61,107 nucleotides of DNA from sequence record SRR20825019_2850, one strand, 5' to 3'. The notes beneath the pieces are model-generated. The model was given only the letters and a program-made list of their open reading frames with translations. It had not been told where the DNA came from and searched no databases. A program made the position numbers and the translations under genes. This document shows positions 20,422 through 29,656 of the stretch, in pieces (position 1 is the first letter of the stretch; the number at the start of each line of letters is the position of its first letter).

Positions 20422-21843
20422 ATGTCTGATCATTTAGAGCGGATTGCTCACGTCCGGTCGGTGCTCTCGGGGCGATCTGGCGATCAGCCATTTGACCGGG
20501 TACATCCGGAAGTTATCTCATTGGCCAACGGCGACGGAACACGGCGACCGCATGAGAACACGATCGAGGCCGCCGTCTGTGCGATCTTGGATTCTGATAG
20601 CTATTCGTTCGACAATTATCATTTCCAAGAAGTCCATCGACTATTTGCACAAGCAGCACGCCACGATTTGACTCAAATAGGAGTATCGTCAAAACAGACT
20701 GGAAACCTGTTGGTCGACTTTGGGTCGTCCAGCATCATTACAGGCATATTCCAATGTCTCCTGAGCCCGCAAGATATCGTGCTCTCTGCACCCGCCTTTT
20801 ATCATGGGCTAATCGAATGGTGCAACGTCAGCGGTGTGGATCTCGCCGTCATAGGCAGGGGCGAGCCTGGTGCGCCGAGACATTCGGCCCACATCATTCG
20901 TGAGTGGTTCGAGACAGCGGATCCAGAAACGCGGCGGCGGACCCGGGCAATCTTCTTCCCCAATCCAACATTCACTGGCCATGTCTATTCACACGAAGAG
21001 TTGCGTGAGATCGCCCAGACCATTGGGGAATTTGGCCTGATCGCTGTTTGCGACATGGTGTTTTCTGGAGTGGAATATGGCGATAGACACGCCCTCTCTC
21101 TAGCGGTGTTCCGCGATATTTCTGACCGTGTGATAACCGTGAGAAGCGTGTCCAAGGCCCACAATCTTGCCAATATCCGCGTCGGCTGGGCAGGTGGAAG
21201 TGCGGATTTCATCACACGACTAGAGGACTACAGGGAAGTCACAAAGGGCTCGGTGCCTTTCCTGTGTCAATCGATCGCTGCTGCAGCTCTGACAGCACCA
21301 GAAACCTATGGAAGAGACAATGCAGAGGAGTGCCAGAGACGCGCTAATTCAATTATTCATTGGGTGGAGGCGTTGAATCTCAGGGTCCGTCGTCACTCTG
21401 GGATCGACACATGCCTCCGCCCACTGGGGATACCCCAAGCGGGCCACTCCATCCTCCTCGACGCGTCACCTTTACAGGGCATGGAGACGCCGGACGGGAT
21501 GCGATTGGAGACAAGCGTAGATCTGTGCGAGTTCTTCCTGCAGCACCATCGCGTCTGCATCTCCCCTGGCTACTCGATGGGGTTCGATGGGATGGAATTT
21601 CGACTAGCTTACGGTTCCGTCGGACTGAACCAGTCATATTCGGCTAGCAGGAAGGCCGAACTAGCCGCAGCTCTCCGAGGAGCGGGACACAAGACAGACC
21701 GTGAGGCCCAGCAGATCACGCCTTTCGTAGGTGGGTCGCGATTGCTCCGGCAAGCATGCAACCGCATGGAGCAAGCGATTGATGCCATTTTGAAACACAA
21801 TCAATTGGCCGAGCAGAGCAACGTCAATGAACTTGCTTCGTAA
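20422..21843 (+). CDS. PLP-dependent fold-type I enzyme (aminotransferase class I/II-like)
   Basis: SVSKAHNLANIRVGW (PLP Lys), FFPNPT, CDMVF, FRLAY. Confidence 0.8.
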   Translation: MSDHLERIAHVRSVLSGRSGDQPFDRVHPEVISLANGDGTRRPHENTIEAAVCAILDSDSYSFDNYHFQEVHRLFAQAARHDLTQIGVSSKQTGNLLVDFGSSSIITGIFQCLLSPQDIVLSAPAFYHGLIEWCNVSGVDLAVIGRGEPGAPRHSAHIIREWFETADPETRRRTRAIFFPNPTFTGHVYSHEELREIAQTIGEFGLIAVCDMVFSGVEYGDRHALSLAVFRDISDRVITVRSVSKAHNLANIRVGWAGGSADFITRLEDYREVTKGSVPFLCQSIAAAALTAPETYGRDNAEECQRRANSIIHWVEALNLRVRRHSGIDTCLRPLGIPQAGHSILLDASPLQGMETPDGMRLETSVDLCEFFLQHHRVCISPGYSMGFDGMEFRLAYGSVGLNQSYSASRKAELAAALRGAGHKTDREAQQITPFVGGSRLLRQACNRMEQAIDAILKHNQLAEQSNVNELAS

Positions 21844-22951
21844 CCCGTCTCACCAGAATACCAGGCGGGCTTCGGCACATGAAGTGCGCGTGGATTATGA
21901 ACGCATCCAGGACAACTGGTCGACGATCAGCCGGATGACCCGACACGGAACAAGTGTGGCCGGCGTACTGAAATGCGACGCCTATGGCTTTGGCGTCAGC
22001 GAGGTCGCCAAAACGCTTTACCGAAGGGGATGCCAAACCTTCTTCGTCAGTTCCGTCGAGGAAGCAGTCATGGTCCGGAAAGAGGTTCCGGACCCGAATG
22101 TGAGAGTCATCGCCCTTTACCCGGATCTTTCGGTGCTAAACGTGAGCAATGTATTGAGGTCTTACTCGATCACGCCCTGCCTAGCATCCCTCGCAGACGC
22201 GAGAATGGTCCTTGATTTTGATCTAACTTCAGATCTTGTCGTTCTCGTTGATACAGGGATGTCACAGCAGGGCATTCCAGCACAAGACGCTCCAGCGCTT
22301 TCGCGCATGCTCGCGAACCGCCGCACTTCAAAGCTTTTGGTGCTCAGCCACCTCGCCAATTCAGAGAACCGATCCGCAATCGAGAACAGACAGCAACTTA
22401 GTTCTTTCCTGTCCATCTGCGCTGAATTGCAGCCGGACGAACGCAGCCTAGCTGCATCCGCCGGTATTATGCTTGGGTCTGACTACCATTTCGATCTTAT
22501 CCGCACTGGCGATGCTCTTTTCGGCATCAATCCTTTAGCCTCGTTTCCGGCTCCTACGCGCCCGGTCTTGTCACTCACCGGGCGCATCGAGTCCATCCGA
22601 ACTGTGCCTGAGGGAAAAGCTATAGGCTATGGCGGCGATTGTACCTTAGCCCGAGATACTCGCCGGATTGCAATGGTTCGGGTCGGCTATGCTGACGGCT
22701 ATCCCCGCCTTACCCGAGGACATCGCCATGCGATTGTTAACGGACGAGCGTTAAGAATCGCCGGGCAAATTTCGATGGAATTCACCTGCATCGATGTCAC
22801 CGATGTACAGCAAAGTCTGATATCGGTCGGGACCGATGTTGAACTAATCGGCGACTATATAACCCTAAACCATATCGCTGAAAGCGCGGGAACCGTCGCT
22901 ACTGAGATCGCACTTCGCATCCTCTTGTCACCTTCGAATATACGAAAATGA
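21827..22951 (+). CDS. Alanine racemase-family PLP enzyme (divergent)
   Basis: VLKCDAYG (catalytic Lys), VDTGM, SHLA, IGYGG (catalytic Tyr), GYADGYPR. Confidence 0.85.
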   Translation: MNLLRNPSHQNTRRASAHEVRVDYERIQDNWSTISRMTRHGTSVAGVLKCDAYGFGVSEVAKTLYRRGCQTFFVSSVEEAVMVRKEVPDPNVRVIALYPDLSVLNVSNVLRSYSITPCLASLADARMVLDFDLTSDLVVLVDTGMSQQGIPAQDAPALSRMLANRRTSKLLVLSHLANSENRSAIENRQQLSSFLSICAELQPDERSLAASAGIMLGSDYHFDLIRTGDALFGINPLASFPAPTRPVLSLTGRIESIRTVPEGKAIGYGGDCTLARDTRRIAMVRVGYADGYPRLTRGHRHAIVNGRALRIAGQISMEFTCIDVTDVQQSLISVGTDVELIGDYITLNHIAESAGTVATEIALRILLSPSNIRK

Positions 22952-23009
22952 CAAACAGCATTTGTTGACACGAGCCCTCATCCGCCAGAGCAACTGCTAG
23001 GGAATTTAC

Positions 23010-23810
23010 ATGTCTAGGGAAATCTCGTCTCTGTCGGAGATCAGTAACCGCTATTCATCCATCATTGTGGATGTGTGGGGCGTTTTGTGCGACGGCGTCA
23101 ACGCGCATGGACCTGCGAAGGATGCCCTGTCAAGATATCGAGAAAATGGGCATGTAATTCTCCTATCCAATACTGCACGATCAGTTAGAGGGCTCGGACA
23201 GTTTCTCGACAGCATAGGAATAACCTCTTCCCTCTACAATGGAATCGTGACCGCAGGGCAGTTGTGTCGCGATTCTATTCAGGCGAGCGGACTGGCCTAT
23301 AAGTCGATCTATCATCTCGGATCAGAGGATGACCTCCAAATATTCGCAGACATCGCAGTCCCATTTTGTAGCACGTTAGCGGATGCGTCGGCCCTCCTAT
23401 GTACGGGCCCCAATAGTAACGACAGCGATCTCTCCAAAGAATTTGAAACGATGGCTCGTGCTATTTCTCTCAATATGCCCATGATTTGCGCGAACCCGGA
23501 TCTCTACGTGCAGGTTGGTAATAAGACGATACCCTGCGCAGGCATTCTCGCAGCACAATATGGGAAAATGGGTGGGGCGGTTCAGTATTTCGGCAAACCG
23601 TATGGAGCAATTTACGATCAATGCTGGCATCATTTACGCCAGGCGGGCATATCGGACGATCCGGGCAATATACTCGCAATCGGTGATACGATCGCAACCG
23701 ACATTTACGGTGCCCAGAAAGTTGGGATTCAATCCTTGTTCATCCGCAACTCTAGCACTCTCGATTGCTGGGATGTGGAGCCGCATTATCACATGACATA
23801 TTTAGCCTGA
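23010..23810 (+). CDS. HAD-superfamily class IIA hydrolase (TIGR01459-like)
   Basis: DVWGVL, LLSN, CANPD, GKPY, IGDTIATDIYGA. Confidence 0.85.
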   Translation: MSREISSLSEISNRYSSIIVDVWGVLCDGVNAHGPAKDALSRYRENGHVILLSNTARSVRGLGQFLDSIGITSSLYNGIVTAGQLCRDSIQASGLAYKSIYHLGSEDDLQIFADIAVPFCSTLADASALLCTGPNSNDSDLSKEFETMARAISLNMPMICANPDLYVQVGNKTIPCAGILAAQYGKMGGAVQYFGKPYGAIYDQCWHHLRQAGISDDPGNILAIGDTIATDIYGAQKVGIQSLFIRNSSTLDCWDVEPHYHMTYLA

Positions 23811-23897
23811 CGACGGAGGCCCCACCTTGATAAGGTTTTGGCATCGGAACAGCTTAATTTCAAATGGAGACGCGCGCCTTCGTGGAAGGGGCGCCGA

Positions 23898-24908
23898 ATG
23901 AATTCCTATCAGACCCGCTCGATAGTTGCGCTGTCCGCATCAGAATTCAGTTGGGCCATGCTCCTGGTCGCTAGTCATTTAGCCATTGCTCGCTATGCTC
24001 TAGAGCCGTTCCTGTTCTCGACTATTCAGTTATTTTCGGGAGGGCTCGTTCTGATCCTGCTGTCCCGGCATCCGCTCGACTGGCGTGATTTCCTTCTCGA
24101 TTACCATACCATCTTATACGGGGTGGCACGTGTCGGAACCGGCGCCTTCTTCACAGCAGCCCTGGTTCACATCGCCGCGTCCAGCGCCGCGATGCTCGGC
24201 ATCTTCAATGTTACCATTGGCATGACACTGCTCTTCATGCTGCACCGGAAACTGCCATCCATGGCCGAATTGCCGGGCCATGGTTTGATCCTGGGCGGGT
24301 TTCTAACTCTCTGCTGGCAGCTGGAGGATGGCTTTTCCAACCCCGCGATTCTGTTCATGCTCGCCTCGGAGGTCTGCGTCGTGATCTCGTCTATCGTCGC
24401 CGAGCGGCACCCTCGGAACCAGGGCGATAACCCGGGACAACGCGCCTATCTCACCGGCGTCCTGCTTACGACAAGTGGTTTCCTGACAGTCTTGGGGGCG
24501 CTCGCCATCAACTTTATCTCTTTGGCGCTAGTCGGAGATAGTGGTTTCACGGACGTCGGCGCGGCGCTTTCGGCAGTCTTCCAGCCTGATGTCTGGATCT
24601 TTGGCGCCCTTATTGGTGTCTTATTACGCGGTCCGGTTGTATATTTCTCGCTCCGGGCCGTTCAACTCGCGGGCGCACAGTCCTATCTCGCTTTCTCCGC
24701 TTTGCTACCCTTCCTATCCTTGGGCCTCGAGCATCTGTTGTCGGCCTCTGGACACCAATTGGCTAGCATCACAAGGCCAGAGCAAGTTGCAACTGGACTG
24801 ATCATGACACTCGGTTCGCTATGGGTTCTGGCTAATCAGCAGAATTGGCCAGTTGTCCATCGCCTTGTCGGACGAACAGCACCCGTTGCCAAAGGTGATG
24901 ACGATTGA
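23898..24908 (+). CDS. EamA/DMT family membrane transporter (probable exporter)
   Basis: About 10 hydrophobic segments in two repeats; last gene of the operon. Confidence 0.65.
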   Translation: MNSYQTRSIVALSASEFSWAMLLVASHLAIARYALEPFLFSTIQLFSGGLVLILLSRHPLDWRDFLLDYHTILYGVARVGTGAFFTAALVHIAASSAAMLGIFNVTIGMTLLFMLHRKLPSMAELPGHGLILGGFLTLCWQLEDGFSNPAILFMLASEVCVVISSIVAERHPRNQGDNPGQRAYLTGVLLTTSGFLTVLGALAINFISLALVGDSGFTDVGAALSAVFQPDVWIFGALIGVLLRGPVVYFSLRAVQLAGAQSYLAFSALLPFLSLGLEHLLSASGHQLASITRPEQVATGLIMTLGSLWVLANQQNWPVVHRLVGRTAPVAKGDDD

Positions 24909-24973
24909 CCAACAGTTTGCCGGCAGCCACGCCATGGCGGCCGGCTGAAAGACCTGATCCCCCGGCAGCTCTT

Positions 24974-25246
24974 TCAAGATCGCCCAACCTGAGACGGGCT
25001 ACCCGACGCCTCGGTAAGCAGTACGTCACCGGCCTTGGGGCCGAACACTTCACGCTCTGTCGGCGTTAGGTTCATCTCCAGAAGATCTGAGAGGTTAATA
25101 CCGCTGGGGGTGATGTTGGCGGCACGAACTTATTGGGTCATATGTGCGCCGAAATCCTGCTCGGGCGAGCGCTGTCGACCAAGCCGCACCTCTCCGGCCT
25201 GATCCACGCGCACTAACGCCCAACCGCGTGGTAAATTGCGTTCAGA
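24974..25246 (-). pseudogene. hsdS: Type I restriction-modification specificity subunit, N-terminal fragment
   Basis: Hand translation SERNLPRGWALVRVDQAGEVRLGRQRSP...Q*VRAANIT...GDVLLTEASGSPSQVGRS*; LPxGW start and TRD-like motifs; internal TAA at 25130-25132; not in ORF track. Confidence 0.72.
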
Positions 25247-25578
25247 ATGGGTGGTCGGTTTGTCCGTGTGCTTTTTTCATCAATTTTCCGGAGGAACTAC
25301 CTAGCGTTAAGCTGGATGATTAACAACGCCGCTCCCCACGTCCCGTTGGCCATCGTACCGTAATCAAGTAGCGAGGGTGAGCGCAATGGAAGGTAGATGT
25401 TAAGTTCCGTCATATGATGTGCAGGACCTTTTCTGAATCGTTTGGGCTGCTCGGTAGAGATTTTGCAGATGCGCTCATAGTGCGGGGGTCCTCCGAGCAC
25501 ATTGAGGCGCTTGACGACGTTACATTCAAGCATGAACAGGTCCCGATGCTACCGCAGCCGGTTTCGGCGACCTCAAGC

Positions 25579-25631
25579 GACCGCTTTGGGTCGCTGCCGG
25601 GCGAATATGCCCATCTGGCTCGGCAGGGTGG
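25579..25631 (+). repeat. Module-boundary repeat R2 (long form)
   Basis: gaccgctttgggtcgctgccgggcgaatatgcccatctggctcggcagggtgg; 45/53 identical by hand to R3. Confidence 0.85.
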
Positions 25632-25834
25632 ACAATTGCCATCGATCATTTGAAATAGGAAATCCTAAACCCCCACAGCCCCTAGTGCCGCAGCTTTTCA
25701 CACCACCGTGGCCTGTCCGGCGCACTTCCCTGTCATGCGCCTGTAGAAGCATGGCGGCACCATGACTTGGTGCCAGCTTTCTGATCGGCTGTCTCTGCTT
25801 TCGCAGCGCCGACCGCCTCTTCGGCATCATCGCG

Positions 25835-26872
25835 CTAACCGTCGCTCCAAGACGGAGCGCCGTCCGCGACGGCGCTCCCCTGCTCATGCCGCCAGTCTCG
25901 ATAGAAGGGCTGCAGCTCCTCCGGAAGACTTGCTTCAAACGCGACATCAAGGGGGAACTGCCGCATGTGAGTGCTGACCGCATCGAGAAGCGCCGCACCC
26001 TGAATAGCGTCCTTTTTCCGTTTCAGGGGATTTCGCTTCTCTTGCGCTGCCATCCAGAGCTTCTGGAGCGCGAACCAGCGGGGATCGGGCGCAACGATGC
26101 GCGCTGGTGAGCCGTCCCGGCCGACAACGACGTGGGAGACCCGCATGCCCGGGAGCAGCCATTCCTGCTCCGGCAACGGGATCGGCTTTGGCTTGTCCAG
26201 CCGGTGCATGGTTTCGATCCTGGATTCCGCGCTCAGCAGCTCGAATTCGTAGGCCGAGGAGTTGCGTGCCTGGAACGGTCGCTCCGAATTTATAGTATAG
26301 GTCCCGTCGACGGCCTTGAGCATGGTCCAGACGGTAGCGGTCTTGTCCGGTAGTGGCGGCTCCGTGCCGTCATAGGACCAAGCCATGTCGAAATCGTCCG
26401 TTTCGTCCGGCACCTGGTCGAAACGTCCGCCGGCCTCGAGCGCGTAAGCGGGCATGGCATTGGTCCCGACCACGATTAGATGCGATCCAAGTAAGCGGCG
26501 GCGATCCGCTTCCCGGAGGATCTTCGCCGCCTCGCTCGCGATCATCGGTAGGCGCAGGGCCCGGTAGAGACGACAGGTTTCCTGCAGCCGTGCCGCGCTG
26601 ACTTTCGCGCGTTCGCTCAGCGAGTCTTTTTCCTCGCGATACCGCTTGTAACGCTCTTCGGTTTCAGGGGAACGGGCACCCAGGCTTTTACCGTTCCCCT
26701 GTCGGTCCGCGGTCTCGTAAAGATAGTCGCGTCCGGACACCGTTTTCCATTTCATCCCATAGGGCAGCGTAAAGAGGGATCGCTGTGTCTTGATCCAGAC
26801 ATCGTAATGCTGTTCAAGATTCGCGGCGACGCGGAGCTGCTCGTCGGAGAAGGTTAAAATGTTTGTCGCCAT
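25835..26872 (-). CDS. GSU2403-family nucleotidyltransferase-fold protein
   Basis: GMKWKTVSGRDYLY N-terminus, VVGTNAMPAY, TDDFD (DxD), PDPRWFALQKLW, RNPLKRKKD. Confidence 0.8.
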   Translation of the reverse strand: MATNILTFSDEQLRVAANLEQHYDVWIKTQRSLFTLPYGMKWKTVSGRDYLYETADRQGNGKSLGARSPETEERYKRYREEKDSLSERAKVSAARLQETCRLYRALRLPMIASEAAKILREADRRRLLGSHLIVVGTNAMPAYALEAGGRFDQVPDETDDFDMAWSYDGTEPPLPDKTATVWTMLKAVDGTYTINSERPFQARNSSAYEFELLSAESRIETMHRLDKPKPIPLPEQEWLLPGMRVSHVVVGRDGSPARIVAPDPRWFALQKLWMAAQEKRNPLKRKKDAIQGAALLDAVSTHMRQFPLDVAFEASLPEELQPFYRDWRHEQGSAVADGAPSWSDG

Positions 26873-26875
26873 GAG

Positions 26876-26921
26876 AATTTATCCCGCAAAATCATGCATT
26901 AGGTATTTTGCGGGATAAATT
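26876..26921. promoter_or_regulatory. Perfect 17-bp inverted repeat directly upstream of the nucleotidyltransferase start
   Basis: aatttatcccgcaaaat-N12-attttgcgggataaatt. Confidence 0.75.
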
Positions 26922-27138
26922 GTTTTTATGCAAATAGTTGAGCTTTGTTGCGGCATCGACGCCCCGTGAACCGCTCCTGCGCACATCTATGAGCCTAAAG
27001 AGGCAAGCCTTCCCCTTGGTCGGAGCCGAAGTCTCCTCCCCACACCCCCTTCTGTGGGGATACCCCGCTCCCCCAATGAGTGAGTGGCCGCTATCCGCAT
27101 AGTCCGTAATACGGCCGGTCGCGTGGCTTCAATTGCCT

Positions 27139-27205
27139 GACCGCTTTGGGTCGCAGCCAGCCGAATGGGCCATCAGGCTCTGCAGGGTGGGGAGCGGACA
27201 CTCGC
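27139..27205 (+). repeat. Module-boundary repeat R3 (long form plus right half of short form)
   Basis: gaccgctttgggtcgcagccagccgaatgggccatcaggctctgcagggtggggagcggacactcgc; last 21 nt are 18/21 identical to the end of R1. Confidence 0.85.
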
Positions 27206-27378
27206 CCACTTAACGTGAGGCTCGCAGTCGTAATTTTGATCCACACGCGCTCCACTTCAGGCGGCGACGTGCCCTTCGCCTAAGCCTGCTCTGCCCCATG
27301 CTGCGCCGCCTATCGGGGGTCTTTTGACACAGCATGAGAAACCCTGCGACCCCGGTTCACCCCATAGGTGGAATCCCG

Positions 27379-27423
27379 TTGACGGCAGAAAAATATATCG
27401 ATATATCCAGAATTATGGATATA
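27379..27423 (+). promoter_or_regulatory. Putative ars promoter and ArsR operator
   Basis: ttgacg -35-like at 27379; palindrome atatatcgatatat (27393-27406); IR tatatcca..tggatata (27402-27423) overlapping the ATG. Confidence 0.6.
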
Positions 27424-28362
27424 AAAACCTCGCTAAAAGCACTCACAGCCCTGGCGCAAGAAAGCCGTCTGGCGGTTTTTCGTCTCCTCGTTCGCGCGGG
27501 CAAGGATGGTATGCCGGCAGGTGAGATCGCCCGATCACTGGGTGTTCCACAGAACACGATGTCGGCTCATCTCTCCATTCTTGCAAATGCAGATCTGGTT
27601 ATGTCGCGCAAGGTTGGCCGGTCAGCGATCTACAGTGTCGATCTGAAAACCACCCACGGTCTCTTGTCGTATTTGCTGGAAGACTGTTGCCGGGGCCGGC
27701 CGGAAGTCTGTGCACCAATTCTGGCCAGCATCTTTTCAGAGGGTGACAATCTTGATCTGAGTCCGGCTGACATTACGGCTGCAACCGAGGTCGTCTCAAG
27801 CGATGTTCGGATCACTCACACTCCAGATGCGGCATTCAACGTCCTGTTCCTCTGCACGGGGAATTCGGCACGTAGCATCATGGCCGAGGCCATCATCAAT
27901 CGCATCGGTGCCGGGAAATTCCGCGGGTTCAGCGCCGGCAGCCATCCCAAAGGCATTGTTAACCCATATGCCCTGGATTTACTGAATCGCCTCGGATACG
28001 CGACGAGCAATGTCCGGTCCAAATCCTGGGACGAGTTCTCCGGTAGCGATGCTCCGCCCATAGACTTTGTTTTCACCCTCTGCGATGCGGCCTCTCGCGA
28101 GGTGTGTCCAGCATGGCCGGGGCAACCGATCACTGCCCATTGGGGCATTTCAATTCCTGATTCCGCGAATAACTCGGAAGCAGAGCGGCACATTGCGTTC
28201 GCGGAAGTCTTTCGGATGATCAGCAACCGCATCAGCGTTTTCACCAGCCTTCCTCTTCACGCGATGGACCGGTTCAGTCTTCAGCGACGCCTGGACGACA
28301 TTGGCGTTCCGTATTCAGCGATGTCGCGACGCATTCCCTCAACCGAATTCAATGCGAGTTGA
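27415..28362 (+). CDS. arsC: ArsR regulator fused to thioredoxin-type (LMWP fold) arsenate reductase
   Basis: ALAQESRLAVFRLLV HTH with C-terminal EDCC..RPEVC; then CTGNSARS, SAGSHPKG, TLCD, EVCP, HWG. Confidence 0.9.
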   Translation: MDIKTSLKALTALAQESRLAVFRLLVRAGKDGMPAGEIARSLGVPQNTMSAHLSILANADLVMSRKVGRSAIYSVDLKTTHGLLSYLLEDCCRGRPEVCAPILASIFSEGDNLDLSPADITAATEVVSSDVRITHTPDAAFNVLFLCTGNSARSIMAEAIINRIGAGKFRGFSAGSHPKGIVNPYALDLLNRLGYATSNVRSKSWDEFSGSDAPPIDFVFTLCDAASREVCPAWPGQPITAHWGISIPDSANNSEAERHIAFAEVFRMISNRISVFTSLPLHAMDRFSLQRRLDDIGVPYSAMSRRIPSTEFNAS

Positions 28363-28651
28363 TCATGCGGACCTGGCGTCGCCGGATTGACAAGATGTTC
28401 CGTTGCGCGCCGACCTTTATTTGTAATGGCGTAAGCTTGGCGGCAGACACGGGACATCCGGAACGCACGCACCGACCCCGCAAGAGTTGCCCCCGTAAGG
28501 TAGGCGCCACTTCGTCAAACCATATTCTGATTGCGCCTCACATCAGACGCGCAACCACGCCCAATCGGCTAACACCGGTTGGGTCCTTCCCTGGTCTTTT
28601 GACCAGTTCGCTTTTTCACGCAGAACCAATCATGCCAGAAATCCGAAAGGG

Positions 28652-29656
28652 ATGACGATGCTTACACTCAGACAAGGTCTGTCCACTATAGCGCTCGCGG
28701 CCAGTGTTGCTGTTGGCTTTACTGTGGACGGCATTGCCCAGGAAGTCGTTCAGGTTGATGGCTCCAGCACGGTTTTCCCTGTGTCGGAAGCATTTGCCGA
28801 AGAATTTCAGATCGCGACCGGCAAGCGCGTCGTGGTCGGCGTTTCCGGCACCGGTGGTGGCTTCAAGAAGTTCTGCCGCGGCGAGACGAGCTTCTCCGGT
28901 GCCTCCCGCCCGATCAAGACCTCCGAAGTAGAGCTTTGCAAGGAAAACGACATCGAGTTCATAGAAATGCCGGTCGCCATGGACGCGCTGGCTGTCATCG
29001 TGAACCCGGGGAACGATTTCGCCAACTGCATGACCATCGATGAGCTCAAGACCATCTACGAGCCGGCCGCCCAGGGTAAGGTCAGCAACTGGAACCAGGT
29101 AAAGTCTGACTACCCCGATCTGGAACTGTCCATCTTCGGCGCCGGCACCGATTCCGGCACCTACGATTACTTCACCTTCGCCGTTGTTGGTGAAGAAGGC
29201 GCATCCCGCGGTGATTTCACCGCCACGGAAGACGACAACATCACCATTCAGGGTGTGTCGACGGACAAGGCCGCGATTGGTTTCCTTGGTCTTGCCTATG
29301 TTGAAGAGAACCGAGGCCGCGTGAAGCCGGTCGAGATCTCCTACAATGGTGGCGCATGCATCGCACCGACCACGGACACAGCTGGTGACGGCTCCTACCA
29401 GCCGCTGACCCGTCCTCTCTTCATCTATGCCAACAAGGCGCATCTCGACGAGAAGCCGGAAGTCCTGGAATACGCGAAGTTCATGTTCGACCCCGCGCAT
29501 GCCCAGAAGCTTGTCGCCGAGACGGGCTACCTCGCGCTGCCGAAGAAGGCCTTCGCACTGGCCGAAAAGAAGATCGACGCACGCAAGACCGGCTCGTTCT
29601 TCGATGGCGGCTCCAAGATTGGCGTGAGCGTCGACGATCTGCTCGCAGCCAACTGA
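28652..29656 (+). CDS. pstS: Phosphate ABC transporter substrate-binding protein
   Basis: [45 protein letters not shown]. Confidence 0.93.
   Translation: MTMLTLRQGLSTIALAASVAVGFTVDGIAQEVVQVDGSSTVFPVSEAFAEEFQIATGKRVVVGVSGTGGGFKKFCRGETSFSGASRPIKTSEVELCKENDIEFIEMPVAMDALAVIVNPGNDFANCMTIDELKTIYEPAAQGKVSNWNQVKSDYPDLELSIFGAGTDSGTYDYFTFAVVGEEGASRGDFTATEDDNITIQGVSTDKAAIGFLGLAYVEENRGRVKPVEISYNGGACIAPTTDTAGDGSYQPLTRPLFIYANKAHLDEKPEVLEYAKFMFDPAHAQKLVAETGYLALPKKAFALAEKKIDARKTGSFFDGGSKIGVSVDDLLAAN

Noticed and set aside
19271-24908. Five-gene operon as an organoarsenical (arsinothricin-like) pathway because of the nearby arsenic island
   Set aside because: No ArsM methyltransferase or ArsL radical SAM gene, and it lies in a separate repeat-bounded module.
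24909-24975. Possible IS66 transposase C-terminal scrap (RLKDLIP)
   Set aside because: Too short, and no clear terminal repeat to support it.
25297-25533. 78 aa minus-strand ORF upstream of the hsdS fragment
   Set aside because: No recognisable similarity to HsdM or any other family; cannot be supported.
28363-28651. Pho box or small ORF (28359-28655) upstream of pstS
   Set aside because: I found no convincing GTCAT pair at 11-bp pitch, and the ORF has no recognisable features.
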